Below, piece after piece: positions 38,578-52,627 of a DNA stretch of 64,000 nt. Position 1 is the first letter of the stretch. Every line of letters begins with the position of its first letter. Origin of the DNA: Podarcis pityusensis. Taxonomy: Eukaryota. Where the stretch lies: the NCBI GenBank assembly GCA_964106645.2, contig OZ067045.1. One strand, 5' to 3'. The position numbers and the translations under genes are program-made. Below the pieces are notes generated by a model, which was given only the letters and a program-made list of their open reading frames with translations, did no database searches and had not been told where the DNA came from.

Positions 38578-38935
38578 GAGGAGGAGACTCTTGAGAGTCC
38601 CATGGACTGCAAGAAGATCAAACCTATCCATTCTTAAGGAAATCAGCCCTGAGTGCTCACTGGAAGGACAGATCGTGAAGCTGAGGCTTCAATACTTTGG
38701 CCACTTCATGAGAAGAGAAGACTCCCTGGAAAAGACCCTGATGTTGGGAAAGATTGAGGGCACAAGGAGAAGGGGACGACAGAGGATGAGATGGTTGGGT
38801 AGTGTTCTCGAAGCTACCAGCATGAGTTTGACCAAACTGCGGGAGGCAGTGGAAGACAGGCGTGCCTGGCGTGCTCTGGTCCATGGGTCATGAAGAGTCG
38901 GACACGACTAAATGACTAAACAACAACAAAACAAA
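38578..38935 (+). mobile_element. BovB (RTE) LINE 3' fragment
   Basis: RRLLRVPWTARRSNLSILKEISPECSLEGQIVKLRLQYFGHFMRREDSLEKTLMLGKIEGTRRRGRQRMRWL; (CAA)n tail. Confidence 0.95.
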
Positions 38936-41900
38936 CTATAGCTCCCAGAATTCTTTGAGGGAAGCCATGACTATTTGATACAGTGAAGGTTGAGGTGCCT
39001 TGTTGCTGTCCTTGGTCCTGCAGACCAAGTTGGCAGATTTTTCAACAACCTGCAGGCTAATAATGATGTTGGAGTGTTACTATTTCCTCCAGTGGAGACT
39101 CCTCTATTGGGCAAAGTGGACTGTAACCTTTCCAAGATTCTTCTGCACATCTCCTCTGCTAGAGGGAATTATTATGAAATCACTCTGGGAATTGCAGCTC
39201 TGTGTGGGGAACTCCCTGCACTCTTAAAGAACTACAGCTCCCATAATTCCTTGTGGGAAGTCATGACTGTTTAGGATGGTATCATGGTGCTTAACTGTGT
39301 GGTGTGAATGTAGCCCGCGAGTACTGAAATTCCTTGTTAGACAGATCAATCTGGAACAGATTACCAGAGGTTAGGATATTTTGAAAAAAGCATGTGTAAA
39401 TCCACAACAGTCAAATGCTCTTTTCTGATAGATTTTTTTGAGGAACATTTTTCAGTTTTCATTTCCTATTCACACACACTTGTTCTGTCACATTCTGCCA
39501 TTAATCTCTTGTTAAGCTTTAGGTTTCTATTTCTTCTTGCCGTTCCACACACAACCATCAAAGAGACAACAAAATGGATCCTGATATGTAACAAATAGGA
39601 AGTGTTAAGGTTACCTGATAATTGCTTTCTTACTAAGACATGGTCCATGCATCTCCCTAGGTCTGAGAGGAGACTCTCTTTGAAACCTGTTGACAGCTAT
39701 TTCTAACCACCTCAAAGGTGCTTTGAACCTGTCCGAAAAGTTCGGCGGGGGGGGAGGAGAAGGACGGTCTTATTTCTAAATGTGATTTGCTCTTCTAGAT
39801 AACTGAGTGATGAGCAGAAGATATAATGCAAGTCTAAAACTTGCTTTATGGCAGGTGTGAGGAACCCTTTTGGCCCACCTTGCAAGTCAATTTTGACAGG
39901 TGAGAGGGATAACCCCCCTGCCAATCAAATGATGCCATTATGACACCATGATTGACATCTGGCTGTTGGGCACTTGGGAACCACATTGCAAAGGGCATTG
40001 CCAGTCCTATATCCAGTGCTTTGGGAAGCTCTGAGCAAAGACCTGGCAAAGCACTAGCCTCACCCTCTTGCACATCAGCTGAGTTCATGAATGACAGCAG
40101 GGTATGGTTGCTTTGGGGGAAATGGTCACAAGGGCCAGACTGGATCCCCTTGTAGGCCAAGATTAGCCCTTGGGCCAGAGATTCCCCACCTCTGCTTTAT
40201 AGTGTTCCACTGGGCCATTCAACTCTGCACTGACTGGTAGTAGCTCTCAAAGGTTTCAGGCAGGGAACATTCTCAGCCCTACCTGGAGATGCTGAGGATT
40301 GAAGCTGATACCTTCTGGTTTCAAAGTGAATGCTCTACCACTCAGATATGCCTCTTACTTTAAGAGGAAGTCCCTTAAAGTTACTCCCTTAAGGTAGGAT
40401 GGCATTGGGGCAGGAGCAGAGAAAAGTTTTGCGGTGGTCCTCATTTGGATTTCCAGGACTGAACCCATCAGTAGTTCTGGTGCAGTGCTTTATTTTTGGC
40501 TTCAGGAATAAATAAATTGCCTGCTATAAAGGGCATGCCACATAGGGCTATTGGGGTGCTTCCTTGGGATTGTGTAAGTGGAGATTACTATTTATTAAGA
40601 TGTTTTAAAAATGGTATTTCTCTTCCCTCTTCCTAGGCAACAAAACATGCTCTAGCCCATTACCTGAGCATTACCTTCCTTGAGACAGTCAATAATCATG
40701 GGACAATGTTAACAGCCAGGCTATTCCAACGGATTTTAAAGATCAGCGATATGCCAATGGCCACTTTCTAACCCAAAATCCATTAAAACGTTTCTGTTCT
40801 GCTGTCCCTAGGAATAAAACCCTCGAAGAAGAAATTGCATCTCCATTAAAGAGAAATAGAGGAGGGAGGGAAGGGGAGACTACTTATGATCAGTCCCTTT
40901 GCTTCCAGCTTAGAACAGTTATCGGCCTCTGCAGGCCTCTTTCATGTCAAGAAGGATGCTATAAGACATCAGTCTAGAAAGTAGACTGGGTCTGGTGAGG
41001 ACTACATAACCTTTACTTTCACTGTTGTACTTAACAGTTTTGACTTGTATTCTTCTTGCAGAAAGGAGATGACTATCGGCTACAATCCAGGACACAAGGT
41101 GAAACTGTCAGATGTTTTATATTGAGCCTATATTGAGCTCTGTGTGTGTAAGCAGGGAAGGAGTTGGGCTTCAGGGAAGACTTTCTTCATGAAGGAGGAC
41201 CAGAGGGCCCTTCATTAGAATTCCCAACAATATTTCACCTAGGCAAACTTAGGTCTCTCTTTCTCTCTCACACACAAACATATCAGAAGTGAAGGCATGG
41301 CGAGGGGAATTTCTCCATTGTGTTACATGCAACCCAAGGTGGTCTAAAGTGAGAAGCAAATGTTTGAGGTTCTTCCTCAAGCAAAGCATTTGAAGAGATC
41401 TTGTAGAAGCCAAAAGTGTGCAGATAATGAAGCCTACTGAAAAGACAGGGTGGCTCACATGTCACTTTGACCTTGGCTAATCTGTGAAAAAGCTTATCCC
41501 TATGGTGGTAATTCAACTGTGGTTTGCTCAGAGTAGACCTGTTGAAATTAAAAGATGTCTCAGTCATGTGCATCAATTTCAATAGCTCTGCTTGAAGTAA
41601 GTATTCAACTAATACCCCCCCCATTTCTCTAGCATTCTCTGTGTTCATGCTATACAAAAGAGGTAAGGAACCAAATGTGGCAATTCGAGTCTCTCTTTCT
41701 GGCCCTTGGAACTCCCCCCCCCCCCCCAGGCCACACTGCTCACTTGCTCCCCACTTGCATGTTTTTGCCTGACTGGAATGTGTCCTTGAACTCTGATAAT
41801 ACATCTTGTCTGGTAGAAAGGAGTAGAAAGCAGATAGGAAGGAGTCAGTGGGTGTGCGTAAAAGCTAGCCTGCTTTACAAAGGTGAAATTAGCATTTGTT

Positions 41901-42244
41901 GCCCCACATATTTTTGCCTCTGGTCCCACCCAGTGGCTCTCAGAAGGAAAAGTGACCCTTGCATTCAAAAAGTTTCCCTACCCCTGCTATACAGAGGGAA
42001 AGAAGCCAAAATACAGGTTTTTGCTGCAAAATGAGTTGTGTGAAGGAAAGGAAGGAAAGCCAAGGGTAGCAAGGGTAGGAGGATGTTGGCAAATTATTGT
42101 TATTGTTAATATCATTATTATTATCATTATTTTTGGAGTTATCTGCACACATGGCTATGATAAAAATGGACAACGTCTGCATTCACTATGGATAACAGCT
42201 AAATGCACCCAAGCTTATTTTTTTCTCTTTAGGGAAGGGCATAG

Positions 42245-42286
<42 letters not shown>
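42245..42286. repeat. (AAT)n microsatellite
   Basis: About 14 tandem AAT units. Confidence 0.95.
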
Positions 42287-44307
42287 GAAACAATAATAAT
42301 GACAGATTCGTCCAGCTCTACTTTGTAATTCTGCCCCAGGAAGTCAGTATCAAAGCTAAGGGGCAGCGGGTGATTCTGAAATTCACATATTGAGATACCA
42401 GCCATATTTTTGCCTGCAGGGTTTTAGTTATTAATTGGTTTTTAACCACTGTAAGCCACGCTGAGCATTCAGAGACGGAGCAGGTTAAAAATACCCAATC
42501 AAATCAATCTATTGTCTGGGCAACCAGAAATGCATTGATTCCACATTCGTTATCCTGCCTGCTGGGTGCAGCTTAAAATCATCGACTTCGGAGGCATTCC
42601 TGCTTTCAGCTGAGGGTGTATTTCTCCCCCCCTCCAACTTCTTGCTACTCAAATGCACCTTTTGGCAAACCTGAATGTTGACAGCTTGGTAAGCGAGTGA
42701 GCATCAAGAGAGGAAGAAATATGTGCGCAGTTGCTTTGTCTTGATTGGTGACTGAAATATGACACCCAAGACTTCATTTTGCAGTCTGGGCAAATATGAA
42801 GCACCCTATCCAAAACTCTGGGATGGCTGCAGTCACAAACAATAGTGCACCTGAGTGATTTCTCTGGCTTTCTCTGCATAGAGGCCAGGCATTGTGAGAG
42901 GAGGTAGACCCTGGATTTTTCAGTTTCATTTTTTGATTCAGTTGCACAATGTGGACTCAGGCTCTGTTACTTCCACCCAGAGCTTTAGTGAAGTTTAGTG
43001 AAGGTCCATAATTCACTCAAGGAAGATTCCAGGTTCAATTCCCAGTGTCTCCAGGAATAACTCCTGCCTGAAACCCTGGAGAATCACCGCCAGTCATTGC
43101 AGACCTTACTGAGCTATATGGACCAACTGATTTGGAATAAGGCAGCTTAATTGAAGGGCTACAGCTGTGTGGTAGACCACAGGCTTTGTATGCAAGAGGT
43201 CTCACTTTCAACACACAACATTTATGATTAAAAAGCAAACTGGGATTAATGCTCAATTAAAAAATGGAGGAGCTCTAATATGGCATGGTGGATTCATCAC
43301 AGTGCATATTGCATCTCTGGACTGTTTTAAATCTGCTAGATTTTAGAATAAATTTCTGAATCTGTTTCAGAGTCATTCCATGATGGGCAAAGCTATAATT
43401 TGCCACTGACTTCTAGGTTTCCCAGTGGTAACCCAAGATTTTCTCCTAGAAATCTGTTCATCTCTAGTTCATTCATGACTGATTATCTCAGCAGCACTGG
43501 TTCAGGCACCAGGCATGACTCCTTCGCAAAGCTACTTGTCCTGGACAATGATGCTGACACACCACACCATATCAGGTGCCATCAACAGCAGCCACCTCAC
43601 CTAGGAATACCAGGACACAGCTGGATGTATCTTTGTCCCTCCATTCTGCTCAGTGGGCTTTTACTTTGGTTGTCATGGCAATGAATCAAGCAGGGATTAC
43701 TCCAGTAGTAGGAAAGATGAGCCCCCTCCAGATGTTGCTGGACTACAATACCCATCATCCCTGAATAATGGCCTGGCAGGTGGAAGTTGTAGTCCAACAA
43801 CATCTGGACAGCACCAGGTTCCCTATCCCTGAATTAGACCCATTTGTTATGTGCAAAAAAGGTCAACCAACAGGACCACTTGGAATGTCACCTGACGCAA
43901 AAGAGCCAGTGTGATGCAGTAAGACCTCAGAGGCCAGAATTCAAACCCCTACTCAGCCATGAAGCCCAGGGTGACATTGGACTAGTCACTCAGTCTTAAC
44001 CTACCTCGCAAGGTTGTTTTGTCAATAAAATGGGGAATGAGAAAACCAAGTATGTCACTTTGTGCTCCTTGGATGAATGGTGGGACATCATCACCACCAC
44101 TACCATCCTATCCATGTCTGCTCAGAAGTAAATCCTGTTGAATTCATTGGAGCTTATTCACAGGTAAATGGAGTTAGGAATGCATTGATCTATTGCAGAA
44201 TATGCTTTACTTGCAAAACCCCCCAAAAAAACTACAGGAGAAAAGGATTGGGAGGAATGTTAGACATTAGAATGCAGCCCTGTTTTGGGAAGCTTTTAAT
44301 GGTTATG

Positions 44308-44308
44308 G

Positions 44309-44338
<30 letters not shown>
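44308..44338. repeat. (GTT)n microsatellite
   Basis: About 10 tandem GTT units; source of the poly-V in ORF 44077..44409. Confidence 0.9.
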
Positions 44339-44339
<1 letters not shown>

Positions 44340-45399
44340 GTATTACCTGTACTTTTGTTGGAAGCTGCCAGAGTGGTGGGGACAACCCAGCCAGAAGGGT
44401 GGGGTATAAAAAATAAATAATTGTTGTTGTTGATATTGTTGTTGTTATTACAAAGTTATCCTGCTTTTAAAAATGTTTATATAAACTGTATTCTTACAAT
44501 ATGCGCTAACTCGTACATAAAAATAATGTAAATGGAACTTTGATCTTTTCCCAGTATTTTGCACAGTAAATCTTCATAGCCACAACCATTCACAAGATTG
44601 GTTCATGAGACTGTGTAGGAAAATCTTTAATAAAAGCCAAACAGATTCTGACGTTAGTATCAATATGGGTTTGAAAAGAATAGGGGTCTAGATACAACAC
44701 TTAAATCTGCAGAGCAGAGAAAAAGATGTTGTGTTCAAGGCAACTGTGTCTACCTACAGTACAACTTAATTTCATTTATTTTTGTCATTTAGATTGGCAG
44801 GTACTTTTTAGAACTACTGGGAGTTCTTGTTGACAATAGTAAGAGGGGACAGGCTATAAGCACAGCAGGAAATGGGAATTCACAAGTCCTGTTTTCTGTT
44901 CTATCATTTACAGTAATGGACATGGCCAAGTTAGGCTATGTTCAATGTGATACAGCAAGTAGTATTTAGTTAGAGCTGATGGATACCGCCAAGATGAAAT
45001 TTCCTCCCAACGCATTTTGACACAAATCCCATTTTGCAATGACAAAAATCTACTCAGCCTTGTAAGATGCCCAAGGCTATTTGCTGGGACATGAAGATAC
45101 AAGAGACCATCTTCCCATCTAGCATGTCAAAAGCATCAAAACCAGCTATGCTTCTGGGCATGCTGTGAATATGTTTAGAAATGCACACCCTGTCCCTTGA
45201 GGGCATGAAGAACACCTCTGTGAAATGTCGCTGGAAGAGTTTTGACACTCCTTCCAAAATTTGTTGGAATTTTTTTTTTCAAAGAAGGCTAGTATATGCC
45301 CAGATATCACCAACTAGATAGAAGAGACATTCCTCTACCCTGCACCAGCTCTTGTGGGATTGGTTCAGAAATAAGTCATTCCATTTCCCACTCAGCTTA

Positions 45400-45756
45400 A
45401 AGGTAAAGGTAAAGGGACCCCTGACTATTAGGTCCAGTCATGACCGACTCTGGGGTTGTGGCGCTCATCTCGCTTTATTGGCCGAGGGAGTCGGCGTACA
45501 GCTTCCTGGTCATTTCACCAGCATGACTAAGCCGCTTCTGGCGAACCAGAGCAGCACACGGAAACGCCGTTTACCTTCCCACCGGAACGGTAATAAATTT
45601 ATCTACTTGCACTTTGACGTGCTTTCGAACTGCTAGGTTGGCAGGAACAGGGACTGAGCAATGGGAGCTCACCCCGTCGCGGGGATTCGAACTTCTGACC
45701 TTCTGATCGGCAAATCCTAGGTTCTGTGGTTTAACCCACAGCGCCACCCGCGTCCC
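45400..45756 (-). mobile_element. Sauria SINE, 14-bp TSD
   Basis: Exact TSD tcccactcagctta at 45386-45399 and 45757-45770; (AAAGGT)n tail. Confidence 0.95.
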
Positions 45757-45857
45757 TCCCACTCAGCTTACTTTTAAGCAAATCTAAGTTGAGCCTCCAA
45801 AGTCACCCTCTATACAGAAGCCTCAGCTCTCAGCCATACCCACACACAGCTCCAAAG

Positions 45858-46240
45858 TCCTGGAAGACCTGCCTCCTCCTGCCTTGCTGGCCTTTCCCCA
45901 TCTGGCCTGGGAGAGTGGAGTGTTGACTGACTCCAGCTACAAAAGCAGAGACTGTTGAACAGATTCTTGGGCTGGAGTATTGTTTAAGTGGGGTTGAGAG
46001 AGCTGGTTGCTGTTATTGATATTATTGTTGTATCTTTAGTTTTAGATCCTACGATTTACATGGAAATTGTTTCCATTTGGTTGTGTACTTTTTGATGTGT
46101 TTTATTTATTGTTTATGACTTCTGTTATGATTGTACTTATGTTAATCTTGTCATGTTGTAAGCCGCCTTGAGCATAGTTTCAACTATGGAAAGGCGGCAT
46201 ACAAATAAAATGGTGATGATGATGATGATGATGATGATGA
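45858..46240 (+). mobile_element. L2-like 3' end with (GAT)n tail
   Basis: Terminal stem-loop gccgccttgagcatagtttcaactatggaaaggcggc, then aataaa and GAT repeats. Confidence 0.7.
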
Positions 46241-46939
46241 AGTTCTCATTTGTAGCTAGCAGTCATGGAATAAGATGGGACAGGCTGAACTGTGAAAGGG
46301 AGTGGGGTCAAAGCCAGACCCTCCTCTAGTCCTCACTTATTGCCATAGGAGATGGGCACTGACATCTTTATTAGTTAATCACAAGACAGAAACAAAGCCT
46401 GCCCTGTCTTGTTCTATGCATTTTTTAAAAATTATAAAAATCACAAAAGGCCCAAACAGGGGTGGAGAACCTCAGACCCAGGGTCAAAAGGGCCCCCAGA
46501 CCCTTCTATCTGACCCTTGGGACTCTCCCCAGGCCACACCCTTCACTGGCCCTTCACACCCTCCTTGTGCCTGGTTGGAATATGGATAAATTCATGAAAG
46601 TAACATATTAGATAAAACTGTTTTGCAAATATGTGTATATTAGGCAAAATTTGCACACAAAATGCAGACATTCAGATAAATTCTCACAAAGATGCTAATG
46701 AATTTCCTTTAAATAAAAAATTGCAAATTAAGGTGGAAAGGTGGCAAACTGAACTTAAGACTAAAGAAACTGAAACTGAAATGTACAGATTTGCATATCC
46801 CTATCTGCAACCTTGCGCTAATATTTTCTGTGAGTTATTTGGTGAGATAGCTAGAGAAATCGTTTAAGGAGTTCTTGGGATTAGATCAGGAGTGTGCAAC
46901 AAGCATGGCTATTGCATAGAGGATTAACTCGGTTGGAAC

Positions 46940-47570
46940 AAGTTGCTGGAAATGTCAGGAAGCGAGAAGGGACTACATCCACATGTGGTGGAAGTATAAG
47001 ATTTTCATATAATAAAAAACCAAATTATACAGATTTTAGGATATGAGATCCCACTGCACCCTATATTCTTTTCGTTTAATTAAGTTAGACAATTGGTGAA
47101 ATTAGAAGACCAAGAGATGGTTTCTTAAATGCTCACTATAGCTAGAATTCTTTGTGCTGAATATTGAATATTCCAAATTATACCAACAGTCACTATACCA
47201 ACAATCAAAGAATGGGTTGAGAAAACGGGATTAACAAACTTTCTAAAAGATCAAGAAAGAAGACAGAGCTGACGTAATTGTTTGGCAAAAGGGCAGAAAT
47301 GTATGGGGTATCGATCCCAACCAATACTTATGGACTTACTGTGTATTAATAGTACTGTGGAAAAATGAATAGAAATACTATTAAAATTTTAAAATTAGTC
47401 CTATAGAAAGTAGATAAAGATATGATTTATATATTAAGAGATTAAGAAAATTATGGAAATGGTGCTTTATATTAATTTGAAAATCAAATGGGTAGGAAGA
47501 TTAAAGTTTACCTTTTGGATAAGCTTTTGGTTATTAAAGGATTATTATTAAGGGATCAATGTTATATTGT
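46940..47570 (+). mobile_element. Old, degenerate L1 3' end
   Basis: cacatgtggtgg (HMWW) and gctagaattctttgtgctgaatattga (ARIL.AEY*) parallel the L1 C-terminus at 9873-10250; AT-rich 3' UTR follows. Confidence 0.6.
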
Positions 47571-47584
47571 TTTATCTGTTAGCA

Positions 47585-47790
47585 CAGAGCTTTCCAAACT
47601 GTGTGTCGCGACACATTAGTGTGTTGGCTGCAGTATGTAGGTGTGTTGCACAAATGATCCCTGTGCTCCTCCCTGGGCTGGAAAGAGGTTAGTTTAACCT
47701 CCAGTTTGCTAGTAAAACTGAATCGCTGTGTCGTGAAACGATGCATGTCTAAAAAGTGTGCCACCAACACGAAAAGTTTGGAAAGCTCTG
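47585..47790. mobile_element. hAT MITE, 8-bp TSD
   Basis: Perfect 16-bp TIRs cagagctttccaaact / agtttggaaagctctg; TSD tgttagca at 47577-47584 and 47791-47798. Confidence 0.95.
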
Positions 47791-49449
47791 TGTTAGCATG
47801 AACAATTTATTCATTTTGTGATATGATTATGTATGCTGTTATGATAATAAATTAACTGATAAATATATTTTGCTGTAGGTTGCAGGTAGGTATGTGTGGG
47901 ATACTCCCAATATGAGAAAAGTACCCCCTGAGGAACAAAGCCTACTGACAGGGTGGAGAACCTTTTCAAACTGAGGCATTCTCATCTGGGCAAATTTCCA
48001 GAAGTCACATGCCTGTGGTGGGCAGGGCCAGAGACAAAACTGAGGGGAGTAAAAAAAAATGCACAATTTGCTTTTCTACAGTAAACTAGTTTCTACACAA
48101 ACTCATGCACCTCTTTCTATCCTACCAGCTAAACAAAAGAGGCAATATTGTTTAACTACATATTTCAAGCAGGTAAAAATTGTTAAGGAATATATTGGTG
48201 ACAGGAGTGGCATGGGGGAAAGGCAGATGCCCTGGAGAGAGACCTGAGGGCTGGACAGAGAGATCTGAAAGTCTGGATTTGCATCCTTGGGCCTAAGGGT
48301 ATGAATTGTATCCAGCTATACACAATTATGGAGGGCCACATATACATAATTATCAATTATTTCCAGTAGTTGGTGAAGGTAGCAAGAATAGCATGTTGAC
48401 CACAGTAATTTGAGGATTTCACTTGGAGCCAGTTCCCAAGTTTGGGGAGCTGCCAAGTTTCTTATGAAGTACAAAGTCATGTTTCTGTCTGGTTCTCTGC
48501 TGTGTGTTCAGTTGAAACATATCTTCCAGCTAAGAAGTTGCTTGGTGCCAGGATGCCAGATTCCTAGCCTGTTGTGTAGCAGCTGCTCTTATATGCCTTT
48601 TTCAACTCTTTGTACAAAGGACAAAAGGGGCAACCTTTGGTGAAGTGAATAGCACCTACAAATGAAGAAGGGAGTCCCCATCAGAGATGCTACAGGGTGC
48701 TACATTGGCTATCCCAGAGGTATAGGGAGGATTACATTATTATTCATATATTTGAAAACTTGGATTTAGCAAACAGATGGGGAATATCTGGACTGAGAAC
48801 AGAGAGGGGAGTGTGAGTGTTTGTAGAAATCAGTGCAAAGGTTAGGGACAGGCATAATATTGGATGCAGTTTGCATTTAGAGGCAAACCTCATTAATTTG
48901 CACTTTTTAAAACAATAAGAAAACTGAAATGCAGCCATCCTTTGAATTTTGCAGTGCAATGCTCCAGCTCAGCACCAGGTACTAAAATTCATATGCTAGG
49001 ATAAAGTGTGCATACAAATGCATGTATAGTAGCGAAAGCAGTGTACAAAGAAGCATTGTATTAAGCAAAACTTCTTAGCAAAAATGGTATTAGGCAACAC
49101 TGCATGCAAGCATGTATATATTAGAAATTCACAGTAAAATGCTGGTGAATATTCACGAGGAATTTTAAAAAAACTTCATAAATTTCATGTGGAAATGTGG
49201 CAAAAAGAACAAGATTGGAAAAGTGCAAAACAAAGAGAAACTGAAATAGATAGATTCAGCCACCCCTAACAATGTAACATTTACATCCATCACTCCAAAT
49301 TTGCCCCAGGCCTCACCCACCACCATTACCTAGAAGGGAATGAGGTCTCCAGGTTGCAAAAAGTTCCCCACTCTTACCTTAGGGCACAGTGTCCCACCAA
49401 ACTAAACACTGGGGATTTGCTGGCCACTTTGTGGACCACCACTGATATC

Positions 49450-49890
49450 TGTTCAACATCTTGCTTCTCACAGTAGCCAACCAGATGCTTCTGGGAAGTT
49501 CAAAAGCAAGGGACGAAAAAGGGCCATATTCTTTCCTGCAGTTCCTACTCAGAGGCAAACTGCTTTTGAACCTACAGGTTCCACTTTGCTATCATGGTGA
49601 CTAGCCATTGACAGCCATTCCCTCCTCTGTGAACTTGTCTCATCCCCTTTTAATGCCATCTAAGCTATTAGCTATCACTGCATTTAGTAGCGATGAATTC
49701 CATAAATTATGTATTGCACAAAGAAATACTTTTCTTTTGTCTGTCCTGAATTTCCTGTCAATCATTTTAATTGGATGGTCCTGAATTTTAGTGTTACAAA
49801 ATGGGAGGAAAGTTCCCATTTAGCCACTTCCTCGACACCATGAATTGTTTTGTTTTTTTAAAAAAAAACTTCTGTCATGTTCCCCAGTAC
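49450..49890 (-). mobile_element. Degenerate CR1 3' fragment
   Basis: ttctcacagtagccaaccagatgc...ccccttttaatgccatctaag...ttcttttgtctgtcctgaat. Confidence 0.65.
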
Positions 49891-50489
49891 CACGACCTCC
49901 CTGCAGTTGTCAAAATGTCAACATTTGCTGCACACACACATGCAAAAAGAGAATGAGCAAGTGTGAGAAAGAGAATCCCATATATACATTTCTAGTAGGA
50001 ACGGGGTCTGGCTGCTTTGGGAAACAGGAATCCGGCCTGAAGACAGAGAGATCCCATTGCTTATGTTCCAAAATCGGGTTTCTAACAAGAATTAATCTGA
50101 GCTTGAACCAAGAGAACATCGGAATCTGAGAACGAAAACAGATTCATTAAACTCCTCACTGTTTAAAACCTGCTGACATGTTGATCAACAAAATTTTGAA
50201 AAATTGAGGCTGCTTGTTACTTCTTTAAAAAGGACCCTCCCCCCCCCAAAAAAAAAACCCCAACACATTTATTTAGGAAATTAATTTTCTTTAATTATAT
50301 GAAGAGACCCTGTATGTTGATAGTGGAATTGTCCAACCACTTTATGTATTGGCCCACTGAATTAAAGCAGACGATTGAGGATTCCTGTTTCTTAAAGCCC
50401 ACCTTCTAGGAAAGACCCCCTCTTAGTGCACCTTCCAATATTTTATTTTTTTGGTGAAAAACAAGAACAGGGCTTATGTGGCGATAATG

Positions 50490-50800
50490 GCGACGATGCA
50501 TTCTACGTGGGGCTACCTTTGAGAAGTGCTCAGATACTCCAGCAGTCTCAACCAGACTGTTGACCAGGATCCTTATACAAATCCTCTATTACAACTGCTC
50601 CACTGGCTGTCAGTCAGTTTCTGGGCACAATTCAAAGCACTGGTTATGACCTGATATAGCTTGTGACGTGGGAGAGGGCCTTCTTGGTGGCTGCTCCCAA
50701 GCTTTGGAACTCCCTTTGTAGAGAAGTTAGGTTGGCTCCCTCCTTGCTCCCTTCCACTGGCAAGTGAATACATTTCTATTCCAACAGGCCTTTGGTGACT
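50490..50800 (+). mobile_element. Degenerate L2 RT-end fragment
   Basis: tacgtggggctacctttg...caactgctccactggctgtcagtcagtttctgggcacaattcaaag (LHWL..FWAQFK)...gctcccaagctttggaactccct (APKLWNSL). Confidence 0.7.
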
Positions 50801-51060
50801 GACTTTTTGAGGAAAGGGCTGGTGCAGTAATCTTTGTGTTTTTAATGGTTCTTTGATATTACACTAATAGAATTAGTGTTTAATTAAATTTCCATGATTG
50901 TCCTTTGTATGTTCTTAGCATGCTCTATTTCATCTGGGGGAAAGGTGAGATATAAATATAACAATATAAATATACGAACATAATAAATAATAATATAGCA
51001 TATAATATATAATTATATTATATTATAAATATATATAATATAATAATATGGCAACATATA

Positions 51061-51419
51061 GGGACGCGGGTGGTGCTGTGGGTTAAACCACAGAGCCTAG
51101 GACCTGCCGATCGAAAGATCGATGGTTCGAATCCCCACAGCGGGGTGAGCTCCCATCGTTCGGTCCCAGCTCCTGCCTACCTAGCAGTTCGAAAGCACCC
51201 CTAAGTGCAAGTAGATAAATAGGGACCGCTTTCTAGTGGGAAGGTAAACGGCGTTTCCGTGTGCGGCGCTGGTGCTGGCTCGCCAGATGCAGCTTCGTCA
51301 CGCTGGCCACGTGACCCGGAAGTGTCTTCGGACAGCGCCGGCTCCTCGCCTCTTGAGCGAGATGAGCGAGCAACCCTAGAGTCGGACACGACTGGCCCTG
51401 ACGGGCAGGGGTACCTTTT
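51061..51419 (+). mobile_element. Sauria SINE (CpG-rich), flanked by a ~130-bp direct duplication
   Basis: gggacgcgggtggtgctgtgggttaaaccacagagcctagg...ggttcgaatcccc...ggggtaccttt; duplicated flanks at 50926-51056 and 51420-51545. Confidence 0.95.
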
Positions 51420-52627
51420 TATTTCATCTGGGGGAAAGGTGGGATATAAATATAACAATATAAATATAAGAACATAATAAATAATAATATAGTATATAAT
51501 ATATAATTATATTATAAATATATATAATATAACAATATAGCAACAAATTATTTATACAACATATAGTAAACACTTGATTTAACAAACACTGATTTAACAC
51601 CGCATAGGCATCTGTACCAGACACCATACAGCTATGTTCTGGTTTAGATTCTTTCTTTTATATTACTCTCTCTCCAGCCACCAGCTGCTTAGACATTTGT
51701 TCTCCTTCCCAACTGACAAGTCTCCAAGCGGCAGGAGAGCCACCATCTGGAAGGTCAGGAGAAAAGATAGTTTGGGAAGTGCAAATGAGCTGGCAGTCTT
51801 TCATCTGGTGCCTGGGAAATGGCAACCGCTCCCGACTCACTCAAGCAGGCCTGGGAAACAGGCCGTGCCGCATTGGGGGCCTGAGGCCTGGTTGGAGAGA
51901 GGGAGGAGATGATAGGGAAGATGGGAGCCTATCAACATCCCCTTGCACTGAGGGATGTCTTGCCATCTGTGAGAGATGTCCTGCTAAGGGAAAAGGAGTT
52001 AATGAGGAAACGAGCAAGTTATTCATGTAGGACACAGTGGATGGAGGAAGCTCCGTGGCAGTCATGTTTTGCCTGCAGGACAGAATCATCATTATTTATT
52101 TATTTTGCAAGAATATTTATATGCTACAAAATCCTAAGAAAGGAATTGTCCTCTGTTCCCGCTACTATTTGTTTTAGTTTTTGAGCCTCTGGCACTGCAC
52201 TTGAGGACTGTGGTGGGAACACAGGGGCTCCTGACTGGTGACAAAATATACATTTTAGAGACGTACTCAGACAGCATGGTGTGGGTTACACTCATCCAAT
52301 TCACACAGCTATGATTCTGAAAGAAGAATGGGGGGCGGGGGCAGGGAAAGAGTATAGTTTCTGGCTTGAATGAGAATTTCCTTAAACTAGGGGTTATGCT
52401 CATTAATATTCAACCATATATACAGACTCCCCTTTCCAATCACTTCCACTTTGGATACCCCCCCCAAGACAATTGGCTTTATGGAAAAAGAAACTAAATA
52501 GCATACCTTACAAGTATCCTGGGAAAAAGGGACATTCCATTTTTTCGCAAAAGAGCACAGCGGCTATTTTGGGGGCTGTAATCTCTAGGTTTGTCATTGC
52601 TTTTCTTCCAAGAAGCAGGCGTCTTTT

